From assembly GCA_002070055.1 (NCBI GenBank), contig MWCM01000002.1, forward strand, positions 286-64,285: a stretch of 64,000 nucleotides of DNA. The letters run 5' to 3'. Position numbers and translations under genes: made by a program. The notes under the pieces are model-generated. The model was not told the origin of the DNA. It saw nothing but the letters and a program-made list of their open reading frames with translations, and did not search any database. Source of the stretch: a bacterium ADurb.Bin212. GTDB taxonomy: Bacteria; Patescibacteriota; UBA1384; XYA2-FULL-43-10. Shown here piece by piece: positions 47,094 through 56,898 of the stretch (positions are counted from its first letter, which is position 1; the number at the start of each line of letters is the position of its first letter).

Positions 47094-47885
47094 ATGAATT
47101 CATTATTTACTCAACCATCAGCTCCTGTCCGTTTAACAAGAGGTCATATGCAGTATGGATATTATGTAAGTGAGACCGAAACTACAATAAAGTATGTGGT
47201 TATGGGTAACGGAAAGGCGTTACTATTTTTACATGGTGCTGGTTTGGACTCTCTTGCCTATAAGGATAACATTGAATTGCTTTCTCAGAGATATAAAGTC
47301 ATTGCTCCAGATATACCGTTTTGGGGTGGTTCACATACTTCTGAAGATTGCAGTAGCTTCAAAAAATATGCAGAAATTTTTTCCAAATTCATAAACGACC
47401 TAAATACTGGTAAAGTAATTCTCGTCGCTCACTCTTTCGGTGGAGGGATAGCACTAGAGTTAGCGGCGATGACCAATAAAATATCAAAATTAGTTCTGAT
47501 AAATTCAGCTGGTTTTTGCCCGCGTTATTCGAAAACTAGGTTTGTCTATTTGGTTTTCTTCAAGTCAATTAGCAATTTTTTGTGTGGAAATAATATCATT
47601 GCTTTGAGAATAATAAACAGCTTTATGCGCAATATCGTTAAAGATCTGCGAATCGCTCCTAAAAAAATCAGTATTACTATAAAATCAATTTATGTTGGAT
47701 TTAAAGATTTTAATAAGATAAATGTCCCAACGTTAATAATCTGGGGCAAAAAAGATAGATTATTCCCAGTAGAGTCAGCAAAGCATATCAATAATTTGAT
47801 AGTAGATTCGAAGATAAAGCTAGTGGATGGTGGTCATGATTGGTTATTACTATCTCCTCGCGTTCTGTATGATTTACTAAAATGA
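47094..47885 (+). CDS. Alpha/beta-fold hydrolase
   Basis: LFLHGAG and VAHSFGG nucleophile-elbow motifs. Confidence 0.7.
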   Translation: MNSLFTQPSAPVRLTRGHMQYGYYVSETETTIKYVVMGNGKALLFLHGAGLDSLAYKDNIELLSQRYKVIAPDIPFWGGSHTSEDCSSFKKYAEIFSKFINDLNTGKVILVAHSFGGGIALELAAMTNKISKLVLINSAGFCPRYSKTRFVYLVFFKSISNFLCGNNIIALRIINSFMRNIVKDLRIAPKKISITIKSIYVGFKDFNKINVPTLIIWGKKDRLFPVESAKHINNLIVDSKIKLVDGGHDWLLLSPRVLYDLLK

Positions 47886-47975
47886 CTATGTTAACAACTC
47901 TCTCGAATGATTTTTTGAGAAAAGAATAATTCGATGTTACAATGTTATCAAAGTAAACTTATTCATGGAGGGAGA

Positions 47976-48707
47976 ATGAAAAAGGGTCTAATTGTTTTCC
48001 TGGCAGTTGTTTTTGTGCTACTTCTTGCTGGCACGAGTTACGCCTCTTATTATTATTGGAATGGTTTCGAGGATTACAAAAAAGAGAATCTTGATCTCAA
48101 AAACAAAGTTGTAAAATTAGAAAAGGATTTGACCGTTTATACTGCTAAGTCTCAAGAAGCAGAGGAAGATGGAGATGAAACAAAAGACGAAGATGCAGAC
48201 TCAGAGAGCGCAATCGACACATCATCATGGCTTACTTATACCAATAGTAAATATAATTATACTTTCAAACATCCTGCTAGCTACGGCACAAATGGTTGTA
48301 GCACCAAGCCTTGCGGAGAGTTTATAGGGGAAGAAAGTGGTGGCGATCGCACCATGATGCAAGGCGACATAAGCCAAAATGGATGGCCCAATATTGATAT
48401 TTCTCACCTCTCTTCAAATTATTACAATCCTCCGGCTAATACCGATTTCCGCCAGTGGATACTAGACAACAATCCTCATTTTGCAGGTTTGGTTTCCGCT
48501 GTTCCCAGTTATATGATTCACAAAGCCTCCGGCGGGGGGTATGCCGCCTATGACATAACCGTGCCAGGTAGCCAGCAGGCATATTCTCAGCGCTACATAA
48601 TATTCCTAGATGATGACAGCCGACTTTTTACAATATCCATGACAGACCATCAGGACTATTCAGAAGATTTTTACTCTTCATGGCTTAATACAGTTCTCTT
48701 CCCATAA
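47976..48707 (+). CDS. Hypothetical membrane-anchored secreted protein
   Basis: GGAGGGA RBS then ATG. N-terminal TM, coiled-coil and acidic stretch. Confidence 0.5.
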   Translation: MKKGLIVFLAVVFVLLLAGTSYASYYYWNGFEDYKKENLDLKNKVVKLEKDLTVYTAKSQEAEEDGDETKDEDADSESAIDTSSWLTYTNSKYNYTFKHPASYGTNGCSTKPCGEFIGEESGGDRTMMQGDISQNGWPNIDISHLSSNYYNPPANTDFRQWILDNNPHFAGLVSAVPSYMIHKASGGGYAAYDITVPGSQQAYSQRYIIFLDDDSRLFTISMTDHQDYSEDFYSSWLNTVLFP

Positions 48708-48817
48708 ACTGTTTTTATAATAGTCACATTTATAATGGTTTCTCTGATAAAGAGGGACCATTATTTTTTTAATGATGGAGCAGTTACGAAAGCTAAATTT
48801 TCTGATAAAATGTAACC

Positions 48818-49819
48818 ATGAAAGCAGGAAAAGAAAAACGTTTCTACATTTTGTCGTTATTATTGATCGCTATCGCGCTGGGCTTTATGTCTGGTTGGCT
48901 GGCGAGAGGCGGGAAAACCAAGAAAGATTTAGGCGAAAGCTCTTTATCTACACTGAGGCTATCTGGATATGAATATATTAATCCTCTCTTGGTTTGTGAC
49001 ACGGAGACCGATGAAGATTCTGAAGTCTCTAAAAGATTAGAGCGCCTAGTGGGTGAAATAATCGACAGGAATGTTAGAAAAGGTAATATTAGTCAAGCCT
49101 CTGTATATTATCGAGATCTTTCCTCAGGGGTTAGCGCAAATATTAATGAAGCAGAAAGATATTATCCGGCCAGCTTAAGTAAAATTCCTGTAATGATGGC
49201 AATATTCAAAATTTCCAGAAACAATCCTGATTTTCTAAACAAAGAGATTCTTTGGAATAATTCAACAGATTATAACGCAAGCCAAATAATTAAACCACAA
49301 AAATTTCTAGAGAATGGCAAAAGCTACAGAATTATCGAAGCCATAGAATATATGATAAAGTATTCAGACAATAACTCATTTTATTTTTTGACCGAAAATA
49401 TTGATAAGGAGACTTTTAACACGACATTTTCCGATTTATTAATACCCATACGCGATGATCCGAATTCATCTCCGGACTACATTACGGCGAAACAGTTTTC
49501 ATATTTTTTCAGGGTCTTATATAATGCCACATATTTAAACCGACAATATTCGGAGACGTCTTTAAAGCTACTTTCAGAAATTGATTACAAAAACGCATTA
49601 GTTGCCGGCTTGCCAGAAGGAACTAAGGTTGCTCACAAGTACGGATATTCGTCGATGCAGCAAGATGGGACTTGGCAAGAGTTTCACGATTGCGGCCTTG
49701 TATATAAGAAAGAGAACGCCCCTTATCTTTTATGTATTATGACAAAGAGCAAAGCGGAGCTAACAAAGATTGAAGATAGCGTTAAAGAGATATCGGCAGC
49801 AGTTTATAATATTAACTGA
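48818..49819 (+). CDS. Class A beta-lactamase-like serine hydrolase (penicillin-recognising fold), membrane-anchored
   Basis: SLSKIP (SxxK), YSDN (SDN), KYG (KTG-like) motifs in canonical order. Confidence 0.6.
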   Translation: MKAGKEKRFYILSLLLIAIALGFMSGWLARGGKTKKDLGESSLSTLRLSGYEYINPLLVCDTETDEDSEVSKRLERLVGEIIDRNVRKGNISQASVYYRDLSSGVSANINEAERYYPASLSKIPVMMAIFKISRNNPDFLNKEILWNNSTDYNASQIIKPQKFLENGKSYRIIEAIEYMIKYSDNNSFYFLTENIDKETFNTTFSDLLIPIRDDPNSSPDYITAKQFSYFFRVLYNATYLNRQYSETSLKLLSEIDYKNALVAGLPEGTKVAHKYGYSSMQQDGTWQEFHDCGLVYKKENAPYLLCIMTKSKAELTKIEDSVKEISAAVYNIN

Positions 49820-49827
49820 GCAATTTT

Positions 49828-51297
49828 ATGAAAGACTCAAAACGTAAGTTTGTCATTCTTCACTCCAATGATATGCATGGTGATTTTTTTGCCGAAGTTG
49901 CAAGTGGCAAGGGTGAGTTAATTGGCGGATTATCCTTACTATCCGGATACATTAACAAGGTCAGAAAGGAAGAGAAAAATGTGCTATATGTGATATCTGG
50001 CGATATGGTCCAGGGGTCAATTATCGATAGTGAGTATAAGGGTATTTCGACTATTGAGATTATGAATTATCTGGCTCCAGACGTTGTGGCTTTGGGCAAT
50101 CATGAATTCGATTATGGTTTACCACACCTGCTTTTTTTAGAAAAAGTGGCAAATTTCCCAATTGTAAGTGCTAATCTTTATATTAAGCAATACAACAGAA
50201 GATTAATGAAACCGTATCATATAATTAAAAAAGATGGTTTCGAATTTCTTTTTACCGGAATTATTACTGATAAAATTCTAGATGCTTTAAAGCAAGATGA
50301 ACTCATCGGGAGTTTTGTCACATTGTCAGAGGCAAGTCGTGAGGTTGGGAAAATATGTAACGCATACAAAAACGATGATATCGACCTAACCGTAATACTT
50401 ACTCACATCGGTTTTGAATCAGATCTCAAACTTGCTAAGATGATGAAAAAAGAGTGGGGTGTAGACATGATAATTGGAGGTCATTCGCACACCATATTAG
50501 AAAAACCGAGTAAGATAAATGAGATATTAGTTACTCAGGCCGGTGTTGGGACCAATCAAATTGGTCGCTTTGATATAACAGTAGATGACGAAAGTAATTC
50601 CATCGTCGATTATGAGTGGCGTCTAATTCCGATAGACAACAGAGTTGCGCAACCGGATAAAAAATTAACTGAATACATAGAATCGTTTAAAAAGAAAGTT
50701 GATGATAAATATAACGTGATGATTTCAAAGCTATCGCGTAAACTGACTCATCCGGTAAGAGAGCAAGAGACATCATTGGGAAATTTGGTTGCAGACGCTT
50801 TTAGGGATTCTGCAAATTGCGATGTTGCTTTAGTTGGTTCTGGATCAATTAGATCAAAAGAGCTTGGCCCTGTTGTGTCGCTAATGGATTTAATGCAATG
50901 TTTTCCATATGATGATTCGTTGACAAGATTCACAGTAACCGGTAGTTCCTTGCTTGAGATATTCAAACATATTATGAGGCTGGAGAACAGGGACGGCGAG
51001 GGTGAGTGCTATCAGGTATCAAGTGGAGTTTGTGCTGTTTATTGTGATGAGGATAATAAACTTGTGGAGCTTTCGATTAACAATAAACCGGTCGATAGGA
51101 GCGAATTTTACACAATCTGTTTACAGGGCTATCATGTTAATAACTCAGAAAAATATCTTAATATTACTGCTAAGCAATTAAATGAATCTGGTCAGACCAA
51201 AGTGGTTTCTACCTCTGCTCAAGAGGTACTAGAGGAATTTTTGCGCAACAATCAAAATATTTATAGAGAAGTAGAGGGAAGGTTAATTTATAAGTGA
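49828..51297 (+). CDS. 5'-nucleotidase/UDP-sugar hydrolase-like metallophosphoesterase
   Basis: ILHSNDMHGDF, GNHEFDYG, GGHSH motifs. C-terminal 5'-nucleotidase domain. Confidence 0.75.
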   Translation: MKDSKRKFVILHSNDMHGDFFAEVASGKGELIGGLSLLSGYINKVRKEEKNVLYVISGDMVQGSIIDSEYKGISTIEIMNYLAPDVVALGNHEFDYGLPHLLFLEKVANFPIVSANLYIKQYNRRLMKPYHIIKKDGFEFLFTGIITDKILDALKQDELIGSFVTLSEASREVGKICNAYKNDDIDLTVILTHIGFESDLKLAKMMKKEWGVDMIIGGHSHTILEKPSKINEILVTQAGVGTNQIGRFDITVDDESNSIVDYEWRLIPIDNRVAQPDKKLTEYIESFKKKVDDKYNVMISKLSRKLTHPVREQETSLGNLVADAFRDSANCDVALVGSGSIRSKELGPVVSLMDLMQCFPYDDSLTRFTVTGSSLLEIFKHIMRLENRDGEGECYQVSSGVCAVYCDEDNKLVELSINNKPVDRSEFYTICLQGYHVNNSEKYLNITAKQLNESGQTKVVSTSAQEVLEEFLRNNQNIYREVEGRLIYK

Positions 51298-51307
51298 GGA
51301 GGTAATT

Positions 51308-51898
51308 GTGGACGAAGCAAGCAAAAATCAAACTGAAGCATCGGTGGAGAAGAACGCTAATGGTGTCGTAAAAAAGAGTGGCAGCAAAACGGTAATTATC
51401 ATTATTGTTGTGGTATTGGCTATTTTAGGTGCGGGTGGATATTTTGTAAGTAGATTTTTTGCAGAAAAAGCCGGAGAGCAGATCGCCGAGAAACTTTTAG
51501 AAAGTGGCACGGGAGCAAAGGTTGATATCGACAATAATGGTGAAAACGTTAAAATTGAAACTGATGAAGGGTCTTTGGAATACGATAGTAATGCGGAGTG
51601 GCCTACAGATCTTCCAAATAATGTCCCAAAAATTTCTGGTGGCTCAATAACCGCTGCTTCAAAGGTTAGTGATACCGATAGTGGCAACGCTTGGACAATA
51701 TCAATGGCAGATATTAGTAAAGAGGAATATGAGGCATATCAAAAATCTCTAATTGCTGCTGGTTGGCAGGAGGAGAGCTCATATACAAGTAGCTCATCTA
51801 TGTCTCAATACGGCGATGGTAGCAATATGGTAGTATTGGTTCACACTCAGGAGGATTCTGTGTTGACAATATCTGTTTCCAAAAAATATGCTGAGTAA
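51308..51898 (+). CDS. Hypothetical membrane-anchored protein
   Basis: GTG start, one TM, S/T-rich C-domain. Confidence 0.45.
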   Translation: MDEASKNQTEASVEKNANGVVKKSGSKTVIIIIVVVLAILGAGGYFVSRFFAEKAGEQIAEKLLESGTGAKVDIDNNGENVKIETDEGSLEYDSNAEWPTDLPNNVPKISGGSITAASKVSDTDSGNAWTISMADISKEEYEAYQKSLIAAGWQEESSYTSSSSMSQYGDGSNMVVLVHTQEDSVLTISVSKKYAE

Positions 51899-52421
51899 AT
51901 ACGGTAAAAGACCCGGATCAGAGATAATTACCGTAAACGATAAGATGCAGAGCGGGTATAGTTACATTTTAACTGAAAATGAAGGTAGTAATTTCCAGAA
52001 TGGTTTTGCGCCAGATTTGTCCCCCGCAGAAATGTTAGAATTAGGAGTATTTGGCGGTAAATATTTGACCGATTGTTTAAAAGAGTTCCCTGCAAGCTGG
52101 TTTCATAAGGCTAAGCTCTCTCCTGGCCATTACGACACGAGAGTTAATTATTTCCGGGTTAGAGCAAGTCAACCGTTGTCAGTTTGGAGAAAAAGAGGTT
52201 GGCTAACCCCGGAGGATCCTCGTGGCTGGTTTCAGTGGTACTGTAGATATTATTTGGGTCGTCGTATTAATAAGGTAGACGAATGGCAGATAGAAAGATG
52301 GAAAGGGATTAAAAGGCATGTCTCACAGATTGCCCACAATTGTCGACCTTTTGACCTCTCTTGCAGGCCTCGTCAGAGACAAGCCCTGTTGCACTGGGCT
52401 TATGATTCGCGAAAGATGTAA
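51888..52421 (+). CDS. Conserved hypothetical protein, Trp/Arg-rich
   Basis: 177-aa intact ORF with motifs GVFGGKYL, RGWLTPEDPRGWFQWYCRYYLGRR, WQIERWKGIKRH. Family not recognised. Confidence 0.5.
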   Translation: MLSKYGKRPGSEIITVNDKMQSGYSYILTENEGSNFQNGFAPDLSPAEMLELGVFGGKYLTDCLKEFPASWFHKAKLSPGHYDTRVNYFRVRASQPLSVWRKRGWLTPEDPRGWFQWYCRYYLGRRINKVDEWQIERWKGIKRHVSQIAHNCRPFDLSCRPRQRQALLHWAYDSRKM

Positions 52422-52453
52422 ATATTATAATTAGTTATTACCGGAGAATTCAG

Positions 52454-52864
52454 ATGGATATTGTCCAAATTCAAAAAAGAATTGAAGCGATGGAGAATCT
52501 GCAGAGGGAGATTCGAGACGCCAAACAAATGCTAAAAGAGGAACTCGAAAACGATGAGCGTTATGCCGAGGCATTGGAGCACTCAAACGAGGAAAACTCT
52601 AAGAAAAAGAGGATAAAAGAGGAGATAGAAAATTCCGGCTCTAACAAAAAATTGTTACAGGAGATCAAGGAGAATAAAGAAGAGTTAGACACGCTCAGAG
52701 AAATACTTTCCGCAGAGCTCATGCAGTTATACGCGGAGCAAAAAACAGATGAAATTACTGATATAAATGGTGATGTAAGAAAGTTTAAAGTTTCTGTAAA
52801 GCTTTTAGGTAGAGGGAATAAATATGATGACAGGGACACCTATGGCAAATTTAATAAAGAGTAA
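52454..52864 (+). CDS. Hypothetical charged coiled-coil protein
   Basis: E/K-rich heptad-like sequence, 136 aa. Confidence 0.45.
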   Translation: MDIVQIQKRIEAMENLQREIRDAKQMLKEELENDERYAEALEHSNEENSKKKRIKEEIENSGSNKKLLQEIKENKEELDTLREILSAELMQLYAEQKTDEITDINGDVRKFKVSVKLLGRGNKYDDRDTYGKFNKE

Positions 52865-52889
52865 TACTAATTATTAAATAGGGTTAACA

Positions 52890-53267
52890 ATGAACATTAA
52901 GAGCATTTCTCCTAAGGCTGCTTTTTCAATAGTAATTATTTTATGGCTGTTGCTTGCAGCAATCTTTTACTTTACAACTGGTGAAGTCGGTTCAGTATAC
53001 GGTATAACTTTGGCGCTCATAATTAGTATTATAGTGATGTTGGCAAACTATTTATCTGAGTGGGAAGGAAAAATTACTGAAATTAAAACCGAAACACATA
53101 ATAGCACTGACAGTGATGGCAATACTGATTCAAGGCAGGTTACATACGCAATCTTGAGGCTGGACAATGGAAAGCGAAAAAAAATTGTGCTAATGCCCGG
53201 CTGGGAGATGGGAGATCGACTAAAAAAAGAAAAATGGGAAGGAAGCATTAAAAAAGAGATTGATTAG
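52890..53267 (+). CDS. Hypothetical small membrane protein
   Basis: Two TMs then a charged tail. Confidence 0.45.
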   Translation: MNIKSISPKAAFSIVIILWLLLAAIFYFTTGEVGSVYGITLALIISIIVMLANYLSEWEGKITEIKTETHNSTDSDGNTDSRQVTYAILRLDNGKRKKIVLMPGWEMGDRLKKEKWEGSIKKEID

Positions 53268-53288
53268 TTTTCCAAGTCAACAAAAAAA

Positions 53289-53307
53289 GGCCTGGTGGCC
53301 TTTTTTT
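53289..53307. terminator. Bidirectional intrinsic terminator
   Basis: aaaaaaaggcc-tggt-ggccttttttt with A-run and T-run flanks, between convergent genes. Confidence 0.75.
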
Positions 53308-53322
53308 GTAAATATATAACAA

Positions 53323-53649
53323 TTACTTTTGTTCTGAGGCGGCTTTTTTTACATCCTCGTAGTTTTCTTCCAGCATTTCTTTAATTTCTTTTGCGTCTTT
53401 GGCGGAAATCTTTTTGCTAGCTTCGTAAACCTTAACAACCTTCTGTACAACCTGACTATATTTTTCTTTGGTAAAACTGCCAGCCGCTGCTAACTCTTTG
53501 GATATTAAATCCTTCATTTCATGCATGTATTTGGCAATATCAGCACGGGTTTCTTTGCCAGATTTAGGGGCAAATAAGATACCGGCAACCGCGCCTGCAA
53601 TTGCTCCAACTGCCAAACCGGTAATCAACTTTTTGGTATCATCTTTCAT
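53323..53649 (-). CDS. YtxH-like general stress protein
   Basis: GLAVGAIAGAVAGILFAPKSGKETR N-terminal motif, charged helical remainder. Confidence 0.65.
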   Translation of the reverse strand: MKDDTKKLITGLAVGAIAGAVAGILFAPKSGKETRADIAKYMHEMKDLISKELAAAGSFTKEKYSQVVQKVVKVYEASKKISAKDAKEIKEMLEENYEDVKKAASEQK

Positions 53650-53947
53650 CTTTTTCTCCTTTTCTTGTTCTAATTAGTTGAATAATTTCTACAATGGTAT
53701 TTTTGACTGCATCTATTGTGAAAAGGCCCTTAAGAAATGTTTCGATGGAAGTTGAGGTGTCGACAATAGACTGCGACACTTCAGAAATGGTGTTTTTTGC
53801 CATGTCGGCCAAATCTTCTGCCTTATTGGCAAGCTTATTGACTCTAATAAAAAATATTACAACTAAAACCCCAATTACCAAAATAAAGAGGCTGGCTAAT
53901 ATTGCGAATACTGACATGCTAACAAAAAATAAGTTATTAAGTTCCAT
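53639..53947 (-). CDS. DUF948-like membrane/coiled-coil protein
   Basis: Start MELNNLFFV with AAGGAG RBS (preferred over the upstream ORF-track start). TM then helical region. Confidence 0.5.
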   Translation of the reverse strand: MELNNLFFVSMSVFAILASLFILVIGVLVVIFFIRVNKLANKAEDLADMAKNTISEVSQSIVDTSTSIETFLKGLFTIDAVKNTIVEIIQLIRTRKGEKDER

Positions 53948-53997
53948 AAATTCTCCTTTGATTACATTATAACATAAATATATAGTGTTAAGAATAT

Positions 53998-54006
53998 GAT
54001 ATAATT
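53998..54006 (+). promoter_or_regulatory. Extended -10 (TGATATAAT) for the SPFH gene
   Basis: Sequence tgatataat lies about 36 nt upstream of ATG 54042, in a divergent intergenic region. Confidence 0.4.
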
Positions 54007-54041
54007 TGTTATGACTAATAACTAACTTGCTGGAGAGAAAA

Positions 54042-54782
54042 ATGGAATACGCAATAGGAGTAGTAGTTTTTTTGCTCATTATCAGTCTGAGGCAGGTTAA
54101 TCAGTATGAAAAGGGTGTTAGGTTTATGTTTGGAAAATACAACGGGATCGCCCAGCCGGGCTGGAGGATAGTAATACCTATAATACAGTCAATGGCTAAG
54201 GTTGATATGCGCACGAAGGCGGTCGACGTTCCAGATCAAGAAGCGATTACTAAGGATAATATATCAACAAAAATTAATGCGGTGCTTTACTACAAAGTTG
54301 TTGATGCTGATCGAGCAATTTTGGAGGTCGAAAATTATTATTATGCCGTGTCTCAACTGGCTCAGACAAGTATGAGGAATATTGTTGGAGAAGCCACTTT
54401 AGATGAACTATTGTCCGAAAGGCAAGCAATTTCTGAAAAAATTCAGTTAATCGTCGATAAAGCTACTGACCCATGGGGTATAAAGGTTTCTAATGTCGAG
54501 CTTAAAGATATCTCTTTGCCTGAAGAGATGAAAAGGGTTATTGCCAAACAAGCCGAAGCGGAGAGGGAGAGGAGAGCCGTCATCACTAAAGCAGAGGGAG
54601 AGTATATTGCCTCAGCAAATCTATCAAAAGCAGCAGAAGTGCTTGGGAAAACTCCCGGCGCTTTACATCTAAGAACTCTATATTCTTTAAACGATCTAAG
54701 CAGTGATCAATCAAATACAGTAATTTTTGCTCTGCCTGTCGAAATAATGAAGGCGATAGAGGGATTTATACCAAAAAAGTAA
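54042..54782 (+). CDS. SPFH/Band-7 (stomatin/prohibitin-like) membrane protein
   Basis: TM then SPFH domain (NQYEKGVRFMFGKY...PDQEAITKDNISTKINAVLYYKVVD) and coiled-coil AKQAEAERERRA. Confidence 0.8.
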   Translation: MEYAIGVVVFLLIISLRQVNQYEKGVRFMFGKYNGIAQPGWRIVIPIIQSMAKVDMRTKAVDVPDQEAITKDNISTKINAVLYYKVVDADRAILEVENYYYAVSQLAQTSMRNIVGEATLDELLSERQAISEKIQLIVDKATDPWGIKVSNVELKDISLPEEMKRVIAKQAEAERERRAVITKAEGEYIASANLSKAAEVLGKTPGALHLRTLYSLNDLSSDQSNTVIFALPVEIMKAIEGFIPKK

Positions 54783-54791
54783 TCAGAGATT

Positions 54792-55088
54792 GTGAAATAT
54801 AAAGGTAAAAAAATTTCTTCCAGTCACTCCACTGTTACGGAGGCATCCGCTAAGACAATTAAGCTTATCTATAACTGTCCAGAGGTTTATAAGATATCTT
54901 TGGGGATAATAGCAAAATGTAACAGCAGTCGAGGTGATCTTAATGTCAAAATAAAAGATACCTTATCCGGAGTCGAGCTGACCGTAAGGGGCAGAGCAGA
55001 CAAACAAAAGGTATACGTCTATATATCTGATCCAAATCAAAACAGGGATATTGTTAGAGACAAATTAACCTCTCTTTGCGATGCTTAG
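54792..55088 (+). CDS. Hypothetical small protein (GTG start, weak RBS)
   Basis: 98-aa ORF only. May not be expressed. Confidence 0.25.
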   Translation: MKYKGKKISSSHSTVTEASAKTIKLIYNCPEVYKISLGIIAKCNSSRGDLNVKIKDTLSGVELTVRGRADKQKVYVYISDPNQNRDIVRDKLTSLCDA

Positions 55089-55822
55089 TATCGCAGCTGT
55101 TCTTCCTTTTTGGCCTCTTCCTTTTTTAGAGATAGATCAATCTTGATTTGTCTGACATTGGCTGGTTCGGCTGCTAATAATTTGTTTTCAAAGTGATGTA
55201 TTGCAAATCCTTGTGGGTATCTCAAGGTGTCTGCTCCAGAGTAGGAGGAAAAGACTATCGAGTTTGTGGTCTGGTTAATGAGTAAAGAGTAATATGGGTA
55301 TCTAACAACGAGGTAATCATAACCTGCTCCTCCTTTAATTAGCTCGCCTTTAACGGCAACTTTCCCTGACTCGGTTTTTTCTTCCACTCCATACGGACTC
55401 ATAATTAGTTCTGCTTCTGCAAAGTTAGGATTTTTGTTGCCAGACAGGTCAAAATAATTCTCGTCGATGTACATTTTATAATATATTGATTTGATATAAT
55501 CATTTTCTTTTTTTGTCAGCTGCTCTAAGTTATCGGGTAGCGGTCCTGCCAGTTTGTATTTCAAGTATAGATATTCTGTATCTGTAGCGAAAGAGATGTT
55601 TTTAATTATAAAGAAAGGCAGAGAGTATATATCGGGGTCCTCAGCAGTATTGAACTTGGGGCTAATGTTATCATTTTGTACTATAACATCGTACTTCTGT
55701 GGGGCCAGAGAGCTTTGGTTTAACCCGTTTTTGTTGGAAATTAACCAAATAAAAAAAATAAAATATACCAATAAAATTAAGTAAATGTAAACCAACAGAG
55801 TTTTGTATAATTTGCGGTTCAT
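55085..55822 (-). CDS. Hypothetical membrane-anchored extracytoplasmic protein
   Basis: 245-aa ORF with N-terminal TM. Confidence 0.5.
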   Translation of the reverse strand: MNRKLYKTLLVYIYLILLVYFIFFIWLISNKNGLNQSSLAPQKYDVIVQNDNISPKFNTAEDPDIYSLPFFIIKNISFATDTEYLYLKYKLAGPLPDNLEQLTKKENDYIKSIYYKMYIDENYFDLSGNKNPNFAEAELIMSPYGVEEKTESGKVAVKGELIKGGAGYDYLVVRYPYYSLLINQTTNSIVFSSYSGADTLRYPQGFAIHHFENKLLAAEPANVRQIKIDLSLKKEEAKKEEQLRY

Positions 55823-55993
55823 TTATATATACTATTATATACTACTAAGAACAAAGTCAAGCGTAAGTAGTATATTAATTTGGCCACATGAATATTATAG
55901 TATATATCATAGCCGGATTCAAGAGTGTTAATTGCTTGATCAATCTGTTAATATAATTATAGCTAAGCAGTAATTATTAATAAGGATAATAGC

Positions 55994-56887
55994 ATGATAC
56001 TAATTTTATTAGTGATACCAGCAATCTATTTTTCCTTCTTATCATTTGTTGAAGTTTACAAAGCCGTGGATAAGAAGAACAGAGTTCATAAAACAAAAAT
56101 TGCGCTCTATCTGATTCTTGTGTCCTTTATTCTTATTTTATTCGCAAATATTTTTGCTTTTGATGCCACAGAGTCTAACTTCGGAACATCGTATTGGTTG
56201 ACCGCCACAATCTATTACTTATTGGTATCTATGATGAGCGGATATGTTTTTTTGGTAATAAAAAGGAGTCGCAGTAGAAAGAATATAACCAAGCTAACAT
56301 TAACAATTTTTACTATATTGCTTTATGTGCCTGTTATTGTTTGGATGAGCAGAGTTTATTCTGTGGGTATATATAGTGGTAAGTTTGGTACCTCGGCAAA
56401 ATATGCAAAAAAAATTGTTGACCAAAACATTAATCCCCGGGTTAACCATAACGTAATTTCAAGTTATAGGGTCGGAGATAATTGGAATGTTAAGGTTGAT
56501 TTTATAAGTAGGGATGGTGAAATAAAGGTAACAAAGAATTACAGGGTCGGCATTAATGACGGAAAAATTATCAAAGAAGGCAAAGCAGTTAAATTCTCAG
56601 TAACTAAATCGCTTATGCCAATAGATGATGCAGAGATAATACTATTTTCAAGTAACTCTGGTCAGACGCAAAATAGTTACGATTGGGACAAAATTGATTA
56701 TATGAAAAGTGATGAAAATGGTGTGGCTGAAACAGATATTGACATTAAGGATAACGTCTATTATTTTGTTCAGATAAAAGATTGTAGTCTTGCCTGCCAG
56801 AGCGTGTATTATAAATTAGGAGAGCCCATAAAAGGAGAATATAGAATTGAATACAACCCGCTCCAATATAATGTTGTTGAGATCTAG
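55994..56887 (+). CDS. Hypothetical membrane protein (four N-terminal TMs plus extracytoplasmic domain)
   Basis: 297-aa ORF. Confidence 0.5.
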   Translation: MILILLVIPAIYFSFLSFVEVYKAVDKKNRVHKTKIALYLILVSFILILFANIFAFDATESNFGTSYWLTATIYYLLVSMMSGYVFLVIKRSRSRKNITKLTLTIFTILLYVPVIVWMSRVYSVGIYSGKFGTSAKYAKKIVDQNINPRVNHNVISSYRVGDNWNVKVDFISRDGEIKVTKNYRVGINDGKIIKEGKAVKFSVTKSLMPIDDAEIILFSSNSGQTQNSYDWDKIDYMKSDENGVAETDIDIKDNVYYFVQIKDCSLACQSVYYKLGEPIKGEYRIEYNPLQYNVVEI

Positions 56888-56898
56888 CAAAAACTAGT

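Noticed and set aside
48772-48972. 66-aa ORF overlapping the start of the beta-lactamase-like gene
   Set aside because: It is in a different frame over a motif-bearing gene and has no signals
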